DNA of 64,000 bases from Deltaproteobacteria bacterium (GTDB taxonomy: Bacteria; SAR324; NAC60-12). Made by a program: the position numbers and the translations under genes. The stretch is taken from positions 59,595 through 123,594 of the forward strand of contig JAYOTF010000005.1 of assembly GCA_038150265.1 (NCBI GenBank), read 5' to 3'. Shown here in pieces: positions 39,103 to 47,778 of the stretch. Within the stretch, counting starts at the first letter, position 1, and each line of letters starts with the position of its first letter. The notes under the pieces are model-generated. The model was not told the origin of the DNA. It worked only from the letters and a program-made list of their open reading frames with translations, and ran no database searches.

Positions 39103-39891
39103 TTAGAGGCGAGTGAACTCAACTCGGCGGTTCTGGGACCAGGCCGACTCATTGCTTCCGGAAGCGACCGGACGCTCTTCGCCGAAGCTGATCATGGTCA
39201 GCTGCTGAGGGGTGGCCCCCAGGCGCACCAGGTAGTCGTAAACGGTACGGGCGCGGCGCTCTCCCAACGCGAGGTTGTATTCATTGGTGCCTCGCTCGTC
39301 ACAGTGGCCTTCCAGCTGAATCCGCACTCCCGGATTTTCCTGCATCCACGCGAAGTTTCGGCGAATGGTGGCCTCAAACTCCGGTCGCAGCTCGCTCTTG
39401 TCGTAGTCGAAGTACACAATTTCCAAGTCTGCCATGGCCATGGAGGGCTCTTCCACAGGAGCAGCGAGGATCACCGCCGGCTCACGAGGAGGAAGAACTT
39501 CTGCCGGGGCATCATCGACACGAGCCATCAACTGCTCGGCCTCTTCCTGAGCTTCTGCCGTCGGAGCTGTTTCAATCAGGTTCTGGACGGTCTCTTTGAC
39601 CGCAGTTTGTGTCTGCTCGACCGATCGGGTCGGAGGCTCAGGCTGCGGTGCCGGTTGGGGCTCAGGCTTCGGAGCAGGTGCTGGTTTCGGAGCAGGTGCT
39701 GGTTTCGGAGCAGGTGCCTTGACCGCTTCCTCTACTTGCGCAACAACTTTTTCTGCCTCGGTTTTGGCTTCTGCTGCGACTTCTTCTGTTTGCTCAGGTT
39801 CGGGAGCAACTTCAGCAGACTTCTTGGCACAGCCGGTGACGACCAGGCTGATTGCCATGAGAAGGTAAATCAAAATAAGCGATTTTCGCAT
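39103..39891 (-). CDS. pal: Peptidoglycan-associated lipoprotein with long Pro/Ala/Glu linker
   Basis: Lipobox VTGC; YFDYDKS, EGHCDERGTNEYNLALGERRA, NRRVE. Confidence 0.9.
   Translation of the reverse strand: MRKSLILIYLLMAISLVVTGCAKKSAEVAPEPEQTEEVAAEAKTEAEKVVAQVEEAVKAPAPKPAPAPKPAPAPKPEPQPAPQPEPPTRSVEQTQTAVKETVQNLIETAPTAEAQEEAEQLMARVDDAPAEVLPPREPAVILAAPVEEPSMAMADLEIVYFDYDKSELRPEFEATIRRNFAWMQENPGVRIQLEGHCDERGTNEYNLALGERRARTVYDYLVRLGATPQQLTMISFGEERPVASGSNESAWSQNRRVEFTRL
39668..39717 (-). repeat. 18-bp coding tandem repeat (about 2.8 copies) encoding APAPKP
   Basis: TTCGGAGCAGGTGCTGGT units start at 39668 and 39686; a partial unit starts at 39704. Confidence 0.9.
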
Positions 39892-40062
39892 GATTTTTGA
39901 GTCGAGTGAGCGGTTGAGGAAATTTGGGGAAGCCTGGACCGAAGACCTGGGAGACACTTTCGGATTTGGCCAAAGCATCCTTTTTACCGGTTTAACCACC
40001 GATTGTCAATGCAAACTCCTTTTTCCGGTAAAGTGTTTTTGCGTTGAGTCCCCCAGACACTC

Positions 40063-40085
40063 ATTGTACAAAATTTTTGTACAAT
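40063..40085. promoter_or_regulatory. Perfect palindromic operator candidate upstream of acyl-CoA dehydrogenase
   Basis: ATTGTACAAAA-T-TTTTGTACAAT, 26 bp before ATG 40112. Confidence 0.7.
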
Positions 40086-40111
40086 TTTGCCACCTTAGCG
40101 AAGGATTTCTC

Positions 40112-41311
40112 ATGCCTGATTTTTCGGTCGATCCCTCCACCGCCGCCTTTGTCCACCGGCTCCGTGAGTTTGTGGACACGCACTTGATTCCGTTGGAGGA
40201 CCAGCCGGATGCGTATGATGAAGGCGAGAATTTAGCTGAACCTCACCTGTCCCGCCTCCGGAGCCTGGCCCGGGAATCAGGGCTTTGGGCCCTGCAGATG
40301 CCCACGGCTCGGGGCGGGCAAGGCTTTTCGGTTTCTGCGATGGCGGTGTGTTATGAGGCAATGAACCGCAGCCTCTTCGGACCCGTGGTGTTCAACTGTG
40401 CGGCTCCGGATGACGGAAACATGATCCTGCTGGAACGCGTGGGGACCGAAGCTCAAAAGGAGCGCTGGCTCCAGCCGATTATTGACGGGAAGGTGCGGTC
40501 TGCCTTTGCCATGACGGAACCGGCCCCCGGAGCCGGCTCCGATCCTGCGGGGGCGATGAAGACCACGGCCACCCGTGAAGGAGACGAATGGGTCATTCAG
40601 GGACGGAAGTGGTACATCACCGGGGCCGGAGTGGCCCAGCACTTCATTCTCATTGCCCGGACTTCAGATCATCCGCGCAAGGGCCTGACGGCGTTTCTGT
40701 TTGATCGGGACGATCCCGGATGGGAGATCGTGCGGCGGATTCCGATACTGGGGCCCGAGGAGCATGGCGGACACTGTGAGCTTCAGTTTGACGGCCTCCG
40801 GATTCCAGATGCCAACCGACTGATGGAGGTGGGGGATGGGCTCAAGGCCACCCAGATCCGCTTGGGCACCGCCCGTCTGACTCACTGCATGCGCTGGTTG
40901 GGGCTGGCGAAACGCTCCCTGGAAATTGCCCGGGGGTACATTCAGGAACGGCAGGCCTTTGGGCAGACGCTGGCAGAACATGAAGGCGTGCAGTGGATGC
41001 TGGGAGAAGCCGCCATGCAGATCCAGGTGGGACGCCTGCTCACCCGTCAGGCGGCCTGGAAGCTCGACCAGGGGGACTTTGCCCGCAAGGAGGTTTCCAT
41101 GGCCAAGATCGCGGTGGCCGACACCCTCCACCACGCGGTGGACACCGCCATTCAGCTCTGTGGCGCCCGCGGGTATTCCAAAGATACGGTGCTGGAGTGG
41201 ATCTACCGCTACGCACGGCAGGCTCGGCTTGTGGATGGGGCGTCCGAGGTGCACAAGATGGTGCTGGCGCGGAACTACCTTCAGGAAGGCGACGACTTCT
41301 GGGGGATCTGA
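40112..41311 (+). CDS. Acyl-CoA dehydrogenase (FadE2/ACAD10-like)
   Basis: FNCAAPDDGNM, FAMTEP, GSD, GRKWY, RQAFG, RLVDGASEVH. Confidence 0.93.
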   Translation: MPDFSVDPSTAAFVHRLREFVDTHLIPLEDQPDAYDEGENLAEPHLSRLRSLARESGLWALQMPTARGGQGFSVSAMAVCYEAMNRSLFGPVVFNCAAPDDGNMILLERVGTEAQKERWLQPIIDGKVRSAFAMTEPAPGAGSDPAGAMKTTATREGDEWVIQGRKWYITGAGVAQHFILIARTSDHPRKGLTAFLFDRDDPGWEIVRRIPILGPEEHGGHCELQFDGLRIPDANRLMEVGDGLKATQIRLGTARLTHCMRWLGLAKRSLEIARGYIQERQAFGQTLAEHEGVQWMLGEAAMQIQVGRLLTRQAAWKLDQGDFARKEVSMAKIAVADTLHHAVDTAIQLCGARGYSKDTVLEWIYRYARQARLVDGASEVHKMVLARNYLQEGDDFWGI

Positions 41312-42300
41312 GGGCCCGGAAACCGACACCGGACCGAGTGATGCTCAGAGCCCTCCAGCGGAGGAAGGGCCGCTTGGCAGACCGGCTGGGCCCGGGGGCA
41401 TCGGTCCTGAAACCGGCACCCCAGGGGAAGCTCCAGCAGCGTCGGGACCGTTCCGGGGATGTTGTACAGGCGCTCCTCCTGCCCAAGGTGGTGCTGAGCA
41501 GAGGGGATGGCCTGCATCAGCCCCTGCGTGTAGGGGTGCTGCGGGTCATCAAACAGCGCCTCGACCTCTGCCTCTTCCACCACATCACCTGCATACATGA
41601 CGGCCACCCGGTCAGCCATCTCGGCAATCACGCCCAGGTCATGAGTGATCATCAAAATCGCAGTCCCGTACTTTTGCTGCAGCTCGCGCATCAGGTCCAG
41701 GATCTGCGCCTGAATCGTCACATCCAGCGCGGTGGTGGGCTCGTCGGCAATGAGCAGATCCGGCTCGCAGGCGAGGGCCATGGCGATCATCACCCGCTGT
41801 CGCATGCCGCCACTGAGCTCGTGCGGAAACCGGCGGAGCTGATCTGCCGGATTGGGGAGGCCCACTTCCTGAAGCCAGTGGATGGCCTGCTGCTCGGCTG
41901 CCGCAGGACTCAGCTTCTGATGAAGCCGGAGGGGCTCCATCATCTGAGTGCCAATGGACAGCACCGGGTTGAGCCCCGTCATCGGATCCTGAAAGATCAT
42001 GGCGATCCGGTTGCCGCGAACCTGGCGGATCCGGCGTGCGCCTGCCTGAAGCAGGTCCTCTCCTTCCAGACGGACCTGCCCACCCAGAATGCGTCCGGGC
42101 TCTTCGATCAGCTGCATGATCGCCAGAGACGTCACACTCTTGCCACATCCGGACTCCCCCACCAGGCCCAGCACCTCGCCGCGATGGAGCGTCAGGTTGA
42201 GCCCGTTGATGGCGCGCGCCACGCCTTGCCGGAGGAAGAACGCGACTTCCAGGCCCCGGACTTCCAGGAGGGGAGAGGGAGAATCAGCAACAGGGGTCAT
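41281..42300 (-). CDS. Oligo/dipeptide ABC ATP-binding protein (OppD/DppD)
   Basis: [31 protein letters not shown]. Confidence 0.92.
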   Translation of the reverse strand: MTPVADSPSPLLEVRGLEVAFFLRQGVARAINGLNLTLHRGEVLGLVGESGCGKSVTSLAIMQLIEEPGRILGGQVRLEGEDLLQAGARRIRQVRGNRIAMIFQDPMTGLNPVLSIGTQMMEPLRLHQKLSPAAAEQQAIHWLQEVGLPNPADQLRRFPHELSGGMRQRVMIAMALACEPDLLIADEPTTALDVTIQAQILDLMRELQQKYGTAILMITHDLGVIAEMADRVAVMYAGDVVEEAEVEALFDDPQHPYTQGLMQAIPSAQHHLGQEERLYNIPGTVPTLLELPLGCRFQDRCPRAQPVCQAALPPLEGSEHHSVRCRFPGPQIPQKSSPS

Positions 42301-42419
42301 AGGTACTTTTCACAGATTCGGGGGAAGTCCCGCTTATCGCACCAATCGTAAAAGCGACCGCTCCCGCTGCATCCGGACAGGAACAGCAGCAGCAGGCTCA
42401 GGCCGATCCAGCGCCTCAT
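42297..42419 (-). CDS. Small lipoprotein (40 aa)
   Basis: [40 protein letters not shown]; lipobox LSGC; ATGA overlaps with both neighbours. Confidence 0.72.
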   Translation of the reverse strand: MRRWIGLSLLLLFLSGCSGSGRFYDWCDKRDFPRICEKYL

Positions 42420-43477
42420 CGGGCACACTCCTGCACCAGGTGCGCAAAGGCTTCCAGGCCTCCCGGCGGAAGCAGGTCCGCCAGCCGGTTGCCACAGGCG
42501 CCGGGAGTGCGTTCGGCAAGGAAGGCCTCCCACCAGTCGCCTCCGGAAGTTGCGAGCTGTTGCTGCTCCAGCAGCACCCCGGCCTCGTGTTCTGCGACCC
42601 ATGCGGCATTTTCCAGCTGATGAGAGTGAGGGAGGGGAACGAGAACCGTGTCCTTGCGCAAAGCCGCCAGCTCCCCGAGGATTCCCATGCCGGCGCGGGT
42701 CATCACCACATCGGCACAAGCGAGCAGGTCCCCCATCCCGGTGTGCACAAACTCCAGCGCCTGGTAGCCCGGAAGCGTGAGGTCGGTGGCCCGTCCGCTG
42801 CCCGTCAGGTGCACCACCTCATGGGTCTGGGTCCAGCGCTCCACCCAGGGGCGGATGGCTTCGTTGAGGCCCACGGCGCCCTGACCGCCTCCGGTGATCA
42901 CCAGCACAGGACGATCGGGCGGCAACCGAAATCGCTCCCTTCCTGCCTGAGCGGAGGCACGAAGGACTTCTGGACGAACCACCGGGCCAATGCGAACCCT
43001 GCGGGCCGGACGTGAGAAGCCGTGGAGGGGATCGGGGTAGTGAGCCAGCGCTGTCGCGGCAGGGGCCATCAGGCGGTTGGCGAGTCCGGGGCGAACGTCC
43101 ATCTGCAGCAGCACCTGTGGAATGCCCAGCCCCCTGGCCGCCCAGGCGACGGGGACGCTGACGAAGCTTCCGGCAGAAACGAGGACGTTGGGGCGGAACT
43201 CCCGGAGCCACTGTGCCCCTTGCCAGGCGCCTTTGAGGATGCGTCCGAGGTCGGTGACGTTCTGCCAGCTCCAGTAGCGCCGGAGCTTGCCTGAGGGAAT
43301 GGGGTGAAAGGGAAGGCCTGCCTGTTCGACCATGGAGCGTTCCGGACCCGTCTCGCTTCCGAGGAAGAGGACCTCAGGCGGTTCCGGAAGGGTTTCCTGG
43401 AGGTGACGAGCGAGAGCAAGGAGGGGGGCGGTGGGCCCTCCGGAGCCTCCGCCGGTGAGCAGCAGCCGCAACGGCAT
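42416..43477 (-). CDS. murG: MurG-family glycosyltransferase (GT28)
   Basis: TGGGSGG, GKLRRY, GSFVSVP, PGLAN, GGGQGA, RAG, HQLENA. Confidence 0.8.
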   Translation of the reverse strand: MPLRLLLTGGGSGGPTAPLLALARHLQETLPEPPEVLFLGSETGPERSMVEQAGLPFHPIPSGKLRRYWSWQNVTDLGRILKGAWQGAQWLREFRPNVLVSAGSFVSVPVAWAARGLGIPQVLLQMDVRPGLANRLMAPAATALAHYPDPLHGFSRPARRVRIGPVVRPEVLRASAQAGRERFRLPPDRPVLVITGGGQGAVGLNEAIRPWVERWTQTHEVVHLTGSGRATDLTLPGYQALEFVHTGMGDLLACADVVMTRAGMGILGELAALRKDTVLVPLPHSHQLENAAWVAEHEAGVLLEQQQLATSGGDWWEAFLAERTPGACGNRLADLLPPGGLEAFAHLVQECAR

Positions 43478-43482
43478 GAGGA

Positions 43483-43980
43483 TTAGCTGCGGCTGAGTGT
43501 GATCCTGGGCTCACGGATGACGGTTTTCTGGACCTCCCGAGGGGTGCCTTCGCGCAAGATCTTCACCGAGCGCAACTCGGATCCGACCTTCAGCTGGGGA
43601 AGCAGCTCTTCGCCTGAGACGACCCGCCCCACCACGGGGCAGGTGCCGTCCAGGTGCGGAAGGGCTTCCAGGGCAATGAAAAACTCGCCACCGTTGTCCT
43701 GGGCTTCCGGGCTCAGGCCCACCATGCCGGCAGTGTCGAAGTGACGCCGGGGAGAGGGCTCTTGCTCCACACGGTACCCACAGCCTTCTCCAGCAGCCGT
43801 CTGACCAAAGTGCAGGCGCATCTGGGGAGCACCGCTGAAGAACTTCTGGCTGGTGTAAAATCCCTGCTCAGCCAACTCCAGGAGGCTTGCCACTGCGTTG
43901 GGAGCATCGGCCTCATACAGCACGACCTCCAGGCGTCCGTGCTCAGTGTCCAGGGCGATTTTGGGCAAAGTGTTCGACAT
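43483..43980 (-). CDS. Cyclophilin-fold protein (degenerate PPIase)
   Basis: APNAV..L.L...GFY, GGEFFI, PHLDG...VVGRVVSG. Confidence 0.72.
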   Translation of the reverse strand: MSNTLPKIALDTEHGRLEVVLYEADAPNAVASLLELAEQGFYTSQKFFSGAPQMRLHFGQTAAGEGCGYRVEQEPSPRRHFDTAGMVGLSPEAQDNGGEFFIALEALPHLDGTCPVVGRVVSGEELLPQLKVGSELRSVKILREGTPREVQKTVIREPRITLSRS

Positions 43981-44168
43981 GGTTGTTTCTTCAGAGGAGA
44001 GGGCGTTGCGGAGCCAGGAGTTGGGGAAAACGGTTCTTGTGTCGATCTGGAATTGCAGACCGACCCGGAATCTGCTGAAATCAGCGCACAGGTATCGGAA
44101 CCTAATGACCTTACCAAACCTGTTATACAGGCTGGAAGCAGAAAATCAATCTATTGCAGGAGATTCCC

Positions 44169-44537
44169 ATGTCAATCCTTTATGTGGACCACAACCTGGA
44201 ACGCATGCAGGCCCTCAAGGAAAAACTGGAAGGGTGCTGTGAGGTGGAGTATGCGCCCAACGGCTGGGAAGGACTGGGGGCAGCGATGATGTACAAGCCG
44301 CAGCTGGTGGTCCTGAACCTGATGGCAGAGGTGATGACGGGGCTGGAGATGCTCCGCTTGCTCCGGACGGAAGACGCGCTGACCTCGCTGCCAGTGCTGG
44401 TGTTTACCGATCCGGAAAATGAGGAAGCGCACCGCTTGGCGCAGGAGCTGGGCTGCACGGCCCTGCTGGACTCTGCCGAACTCGACACCCTGGTGGGCGG
44501 AGTTCAGCAGTACCTTCCGGCACCGGCAGCAACCTGA
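44169..44537 (+). CDS. Single-domain receiver protein (atypical)
   Basis: CheY-like pattern ILYVD, ANG-type APNGWEGL, PQLVVL, GLEML, LPVLVFT. Confidence 0.75.
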   Translation: MSILYVDHNLERMQALKEKLEGCCEVEYAPNGWEGLGAAMMYKPQLVVLNLMAEVMTGLEMLRLLRTEDALTSLPVLVFTDPENEEAHRLAQELGCTALLDSAELDTLVGGVQQYLPAPAAT

Positions 44538-44592
44538 ATCACAGGGCCTTGCTCAATGGACCTCAGGTCTCGGGGCAAGGCACCCAGCAGGG

Positions 44593-44859
44593 TCAGGCCG
44601 AGGCCTGGTTGGCAGCCACAGTCAGGCGGGACTTGTAGCGTGCCGCAGTGCGGTGGTGGAGGATGCCCTTGGTGACCATCTTGTCGATCACCTTGTGCGT
44701 TTGGGGCAGCTCGCTCTGAATCTGCTCAGCGGCTCCGTTGTCCATGGTGCTCCGGAACTTCTTGAGGGAGGTGCGCAGGGTCGAGCGCAGGGAGCGGTTC
44801 CGGGCGGTGCGCTTGGCCGTTTGGCGGATGCGCTTTTTTGCTGACTTATGATGGGCCAT
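44593..44859 (-). CDS. rpsT: 30S ribosomal protein S20
   Basis: MAHHKSAKKRIRQ, KGILH..TAARYKSRL. Confidence 0.97.
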   Translation of the reverse strand: MAHHKSAKKRIRQTAKRTARNRSLRSTLRTSLKKFRSTMDNGAAEQIQSELPQTHKVIDKMVTKGILHHRTAARYKSRLTVAANQASA

Positions 44860-44877
44860 GCGTCTCTTTTTCTCAGG

Positions 44878-45231
44878 TTAGAACGCGTTGACGATGTGCT
44901 CCAGAACCGGTTGGGGCTCTGTGAGCTGCACAGAAATAACATCAAACCGGGGCTGACGGTGGGTCAGGCCCTGTTGATCAAGGTACAGCAGCCCCAGTTG
45001 ACGGAGCTTGCGGATCTTGCGGGGGTTCACCGAAAGCGACGGGTGAACCTGACTGCCGGAGCGGGTCTTCACTTCACAGAAGACGAGATACTCGCCTGCT
45101 TCCGCGACGATGTCAATCTCTCCCAGCCGGCACCGAAAGTTTCGGGCGCGGATGCGGTACCCCTGCTGCTGCAGAAACGCGGCAGCGTAGTCCTCTCCTG
45201 CTTTTCCCAGACGCTGACGCGCTTCGGTCAT
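44878..45231 (-). CDS. yraN: YraN family endonuclease-like protein
   Basis: LGKAGE, RNFR, GEIDIV, EVKTR, RFDV. Confidence 0.92.
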   Translation of the reverse strand: MTEARQRLGKAGEDYAAAFLQQQGYRIRARNFRCRLGEIDIVAEAGEYLVFCEVKTRSGSQVHPSLSVNPRKIRKLRQLGLLYLDQQGLTHRQPRFDVISVQLTEPQPVLEHIVNAF

Positions 45232-45866
45232 AGCAGACTCAGTTGCTCCGGTCGCGGGCGACTCCGGAAGGTCTTCCGATGAATCGGGCTCAGGCCATGG
45301 GCCTGAATGGCCTGTCGGTGCTCACGGGTCGGGTACCCGAGGTGTCGGTCAAAGCCCCACTGCGGGTAACGGCGGGCGTAAACGCGCATCAGCCGGTCGT
45401 GCACCACCTTGGCCAGAATGGAAGCGGCCGCAATGCTGAGGGAGCGGGCATCTCCCTTGACCACCGTCTCGCCCGGAAGCTCAGTGGGCGGGTACCGGTT
45501 GCCGTCAATCAAGGCGTAGTCCGGACGAGGCGTGAGCCCATCGAGGCTGGCGGCCATGGCCTGCAGCGTGGCTGCAAGGATGTTGCTCTCATCAATGGCC
45601 TGCGCGGAGACCACGATGATCTTGTGTCCCTGAGCTTCCTTCCGGATGATGGAAAACAACCGCTCCCGTTCTTCCGGGGTCAGCTGCTTGGAGTCGTTCA
45701 GGGGGTGCGTGAGGTCCCACTGAGAACCGAGCACCACGGCGCTGACGACCAACGGTCCTGCCAGGGGTCCGCGTCCGGCCTCATCGACCCCCGCAACCTG
45801 AAGGAAGCCCCGCTGCTGAGCCTGGGCCTCCAGTTCCAGCGTGGGCTTACTTGCCAGCTTGGGCAA
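45228..45866 (-). CDS. rnhB: Ribonuclease HII
   Basis: [36 protein letters not shown] start overlapping rplS (start uncertain). Confidence 0.95.
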   Translation of the reverse strand: MPKLASKPTLELEAQAQQRGFLQVAGVDEAGRGPLAGPLVVSAVVLGSQWDLTHPLNDSKQLTPEERERLFSIIRKEAQGHKIIVVSAQAIDESNILAATLQAMAASLDGLTPRPDYALIDGNRYPPTELPGETVVKGDARSLSIAAASILAKVVHDRLMRVYARRYPQWGFDRHLGYPTREHRQAIQAHGLSPIHRKTFRSRPRPEQLSLL

Positions 45867-46233
45867 GGCGCGCGATGCGGCTGTTCATGCGCTCCTTGAT
45901 GCGAGCCGCCTTGCCCTTGCGATCGCGCAGGTAGTACAGCTTGGCCCGGCGGACCCGGCCTTCGCGCATCACCACGATGCTTTCAATGCGCGGAGAGTGC
46001 AGCGGGAAGATCCGTTCCACTCCGTAACCCTGGGTGACCTTGCGGACGGTGAAGGTGGCCTTGGCGTTGTTCGGACCGCAGTGCCGACCGATGACAATGC
46101 CCTCGTAGGCCTGGATGCGCTCTTTGTTTCCCTCGGTCACGCGATAATTGACGCGCACGGTGCAGCCCACCCGGAAGTCCGGAAGGTTGTCGCGAAGCTG
46201 GGATTGCTCCACAATTTCCATCAACGTAGCCAT
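45847..46233 (-). CDS. rplS: 50S ribosomal protein L19
   Basis: [30 protein letters not shown]. Confidence 0.98.
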   Translation of the reverse strand: MATLMEIVEQSQLRDNLPDFRVGCTVRVNYRVTEGNKERIQAYEGIVIGRHCGPNNAKATFTVRKVTQGYGVERIFPLHSPRIESIVVMREGRVRRAKLYYLRDRKGKAARIKERMNSRIARLAQAGK

Positions 46234-46245
46234 TTTCGTTTTCAG

Positions 46246-46938
46246 CTAGGGTTTGAGTAGATCCGGGCGTCGCTGCGCGGTACGTTGCTTCGCCTGATCT
46301 CGCCGCCATGCGGCGATGCGTTGGTGATTGCCTGAAAGCAGCACTTCTGGAACCTTCAGGCCTCGAAATTCGGGGGGACGCGTGTATTGAGGAAACTCAA
46401 GCAACGCCTCCGAAAAGGATTCTTGTACGCTGGAGTCGGCATTTCCCAACACCCCGGGAACCAACCGCCCCACTGCCTCCAGGAGGGTCAGGGCAATGAC
46501 TTCTCCACCCAGGCAGATGAAGTCGCCTCCTGAAATTTCTTCATCCACAAAGGTCCGGATCCGCTCATCGAATCCCTCGTACCGTCCGCAGATGAGGACC
46601 AGCGTTTCGTCGCGCTGACTCAACTCCCGGGCCTTGGCCTGGTGAAAGGGCTCGCCCTGAGGAGTCAGCAAAATCTTGTGAACCGCACGTCCGTGCTGGG
46701 CGTTGCGCTCTTCGCAGTCCTGAAGCGCCTCCCAGATGGGCTCGGTCCGCAGCACCATTCCGGGGCCGCCCCCGTAGGGCTCGTCATCCACCTGCTGGTG
46801 CTTGCCCCGTCCAAAACGTCGGAAGGGGTTGAGCGTCACCTCCAGGTGCTCGTTCGCCAGGGCCCGACTCAGCAATCCTTCCTGAAGAAAGGGCTGAAAG
46901 AACTCCGGAAACAGGGTCAGGACTTCAAACCGCAGCAT
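46246..46938 (-). CDS. trmD: tRNA (guanine-N1)-methyltransferase
   Basis: TLFPE, VDDEPYGGGPGMV, CGRYEGFDER, YTRP, SGNH. Confidence 0.98.
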   Translation of the reverse strand: MLRFEVLTLFPEFFQPFLQEGLLSRALANEHLEVTLNPFRRFGRGKHQQVDDEPYGGGPGMVLRTEPIWEALQDCEERNAQHGRAVHKILLTPQGEPFHQAKARELSQRDETLVLICGRYEGFDERIRTFVDEEISGGDFICLGGEVIALTLLEAVGRLVPGVLGNADSSVQESFSEALLEFPQYTRPPEFRGLKVPEVLLSGNHQRIAAWRRDQAKQRTAQRRPDLLKP

Positions 46939-47477
46939 CAGGTGTCCTCTTCCCCCAGCAGGCCGGGGATGGGGTCAATGACGACACGGCGTTCGTGAAC
47001 ATTGACCTCCTTGACGATTTCCGGAATGGCCGGGACCAGGAATTCGCCGGTTTCGGTCTGGACCTCATACACGTCGTTGGCGCCGGTTTCGAGGATGCCC
47101 TTGAGGACCCCGAGCTTGGCACCCGTGAGGTCGAAGACGTCACAGCCGTAGAGCTGATACTGGAAGAATTCCCCTTCTGCCAGCGGCTTGAGGGCGTCAT
47201 CTGGAATCAGCAACCGGGCCCGTTTGAAGGACTCGGCGGCGGTGCGGTCTTCCAGGCCTTGCAGCGCGAGCAACCAGTGGTGGTGCCGCCACACAAAGCT
47301 TTCGATCTCATGGTAGTGAAGGGTCTCCTCCTTTTCGAGGAAGACGCCTTCCAGATCAAGGTAGTACTCCGGATCGTCTGTGAGAGGAGCCACCTTCAGT
47401 TCCCCCCGGAGCCCATGGGCGCCGATGACGGTTCCGAGCCAGGTCAGCTCGTCATAATCCCGCAGGCGTTCCGGCAC
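46938..47477 (-). CDS. rimM: Ribosome maturation factor RimM
   Basis: GAHGLRGELKV, TGANDVY; conserved rpsP-rimM-trmD order. Confidence 0.95.
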   Translation of the reverse strand: MPERLRDYDELTWLGTVIGAHGLRGELKVAPLTDDPEYYLDLEGVFLEKEETLHYHEIESFVWRHHHWLLALQGLEDRTAAESFKRARLLIPDDALKPLAEGEFFQYQLYGCDVFDLTGAKLGVLKGILETGANDVYEVQTETGEFLVPAIPEIVKEVNVHERRVVIDPIPGLLGEEDT

Positions 47478-47483
47478 CGGAGG

Positions 47484-47723
47484 TCAGCCCTGCTCAGCCT
47501 GCTTCATGAGGCGCTGAACCCGGTCCGTCGGCTGTGCGCCCACGGAGACCCAGTACTTGGCGCGCTCCATGTCGATGTCAAAGCGGTTCTCGTCCACCAT
47601 CGGGTTGTAGAAGCCAATGCGCTCAATGAAGCGGCCTTCACGCTTGTTGCGCGAGTCGATCACCACAATGCGGTAGTAGGGGCGTTTTTTGGCTCCGCCC
47701 CGAGCCAGTCGGATTTTGACCAT
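47484..47723 (-). CDS. rpsP: 30S ribosomal protein S16
   Basis: [25 protein letters not shown]. Confidence 0.98.
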   Translation of the reverse strand: MVKIRLARGGAKKRPYYRIVVIDSRNKREGRFIERIGFYNPMVDENRFDIDMERAKYWVSVGAQPTDRVQRLMKQAEQG

Positions 47724-47778
47724 TTAACTCAGTCAGGTAACAAGGGTTGAGACTTCCAGGAAGCCGTTGCATGCGCCC

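Noticed and set aside
44540..44592. Possible SRP RNA near ffh
   Set aside because: A hairpin is present but lacks the CAGG-CC-GRAA-GG-AGCA core and is too short; more likely a terminator between convergent genes.
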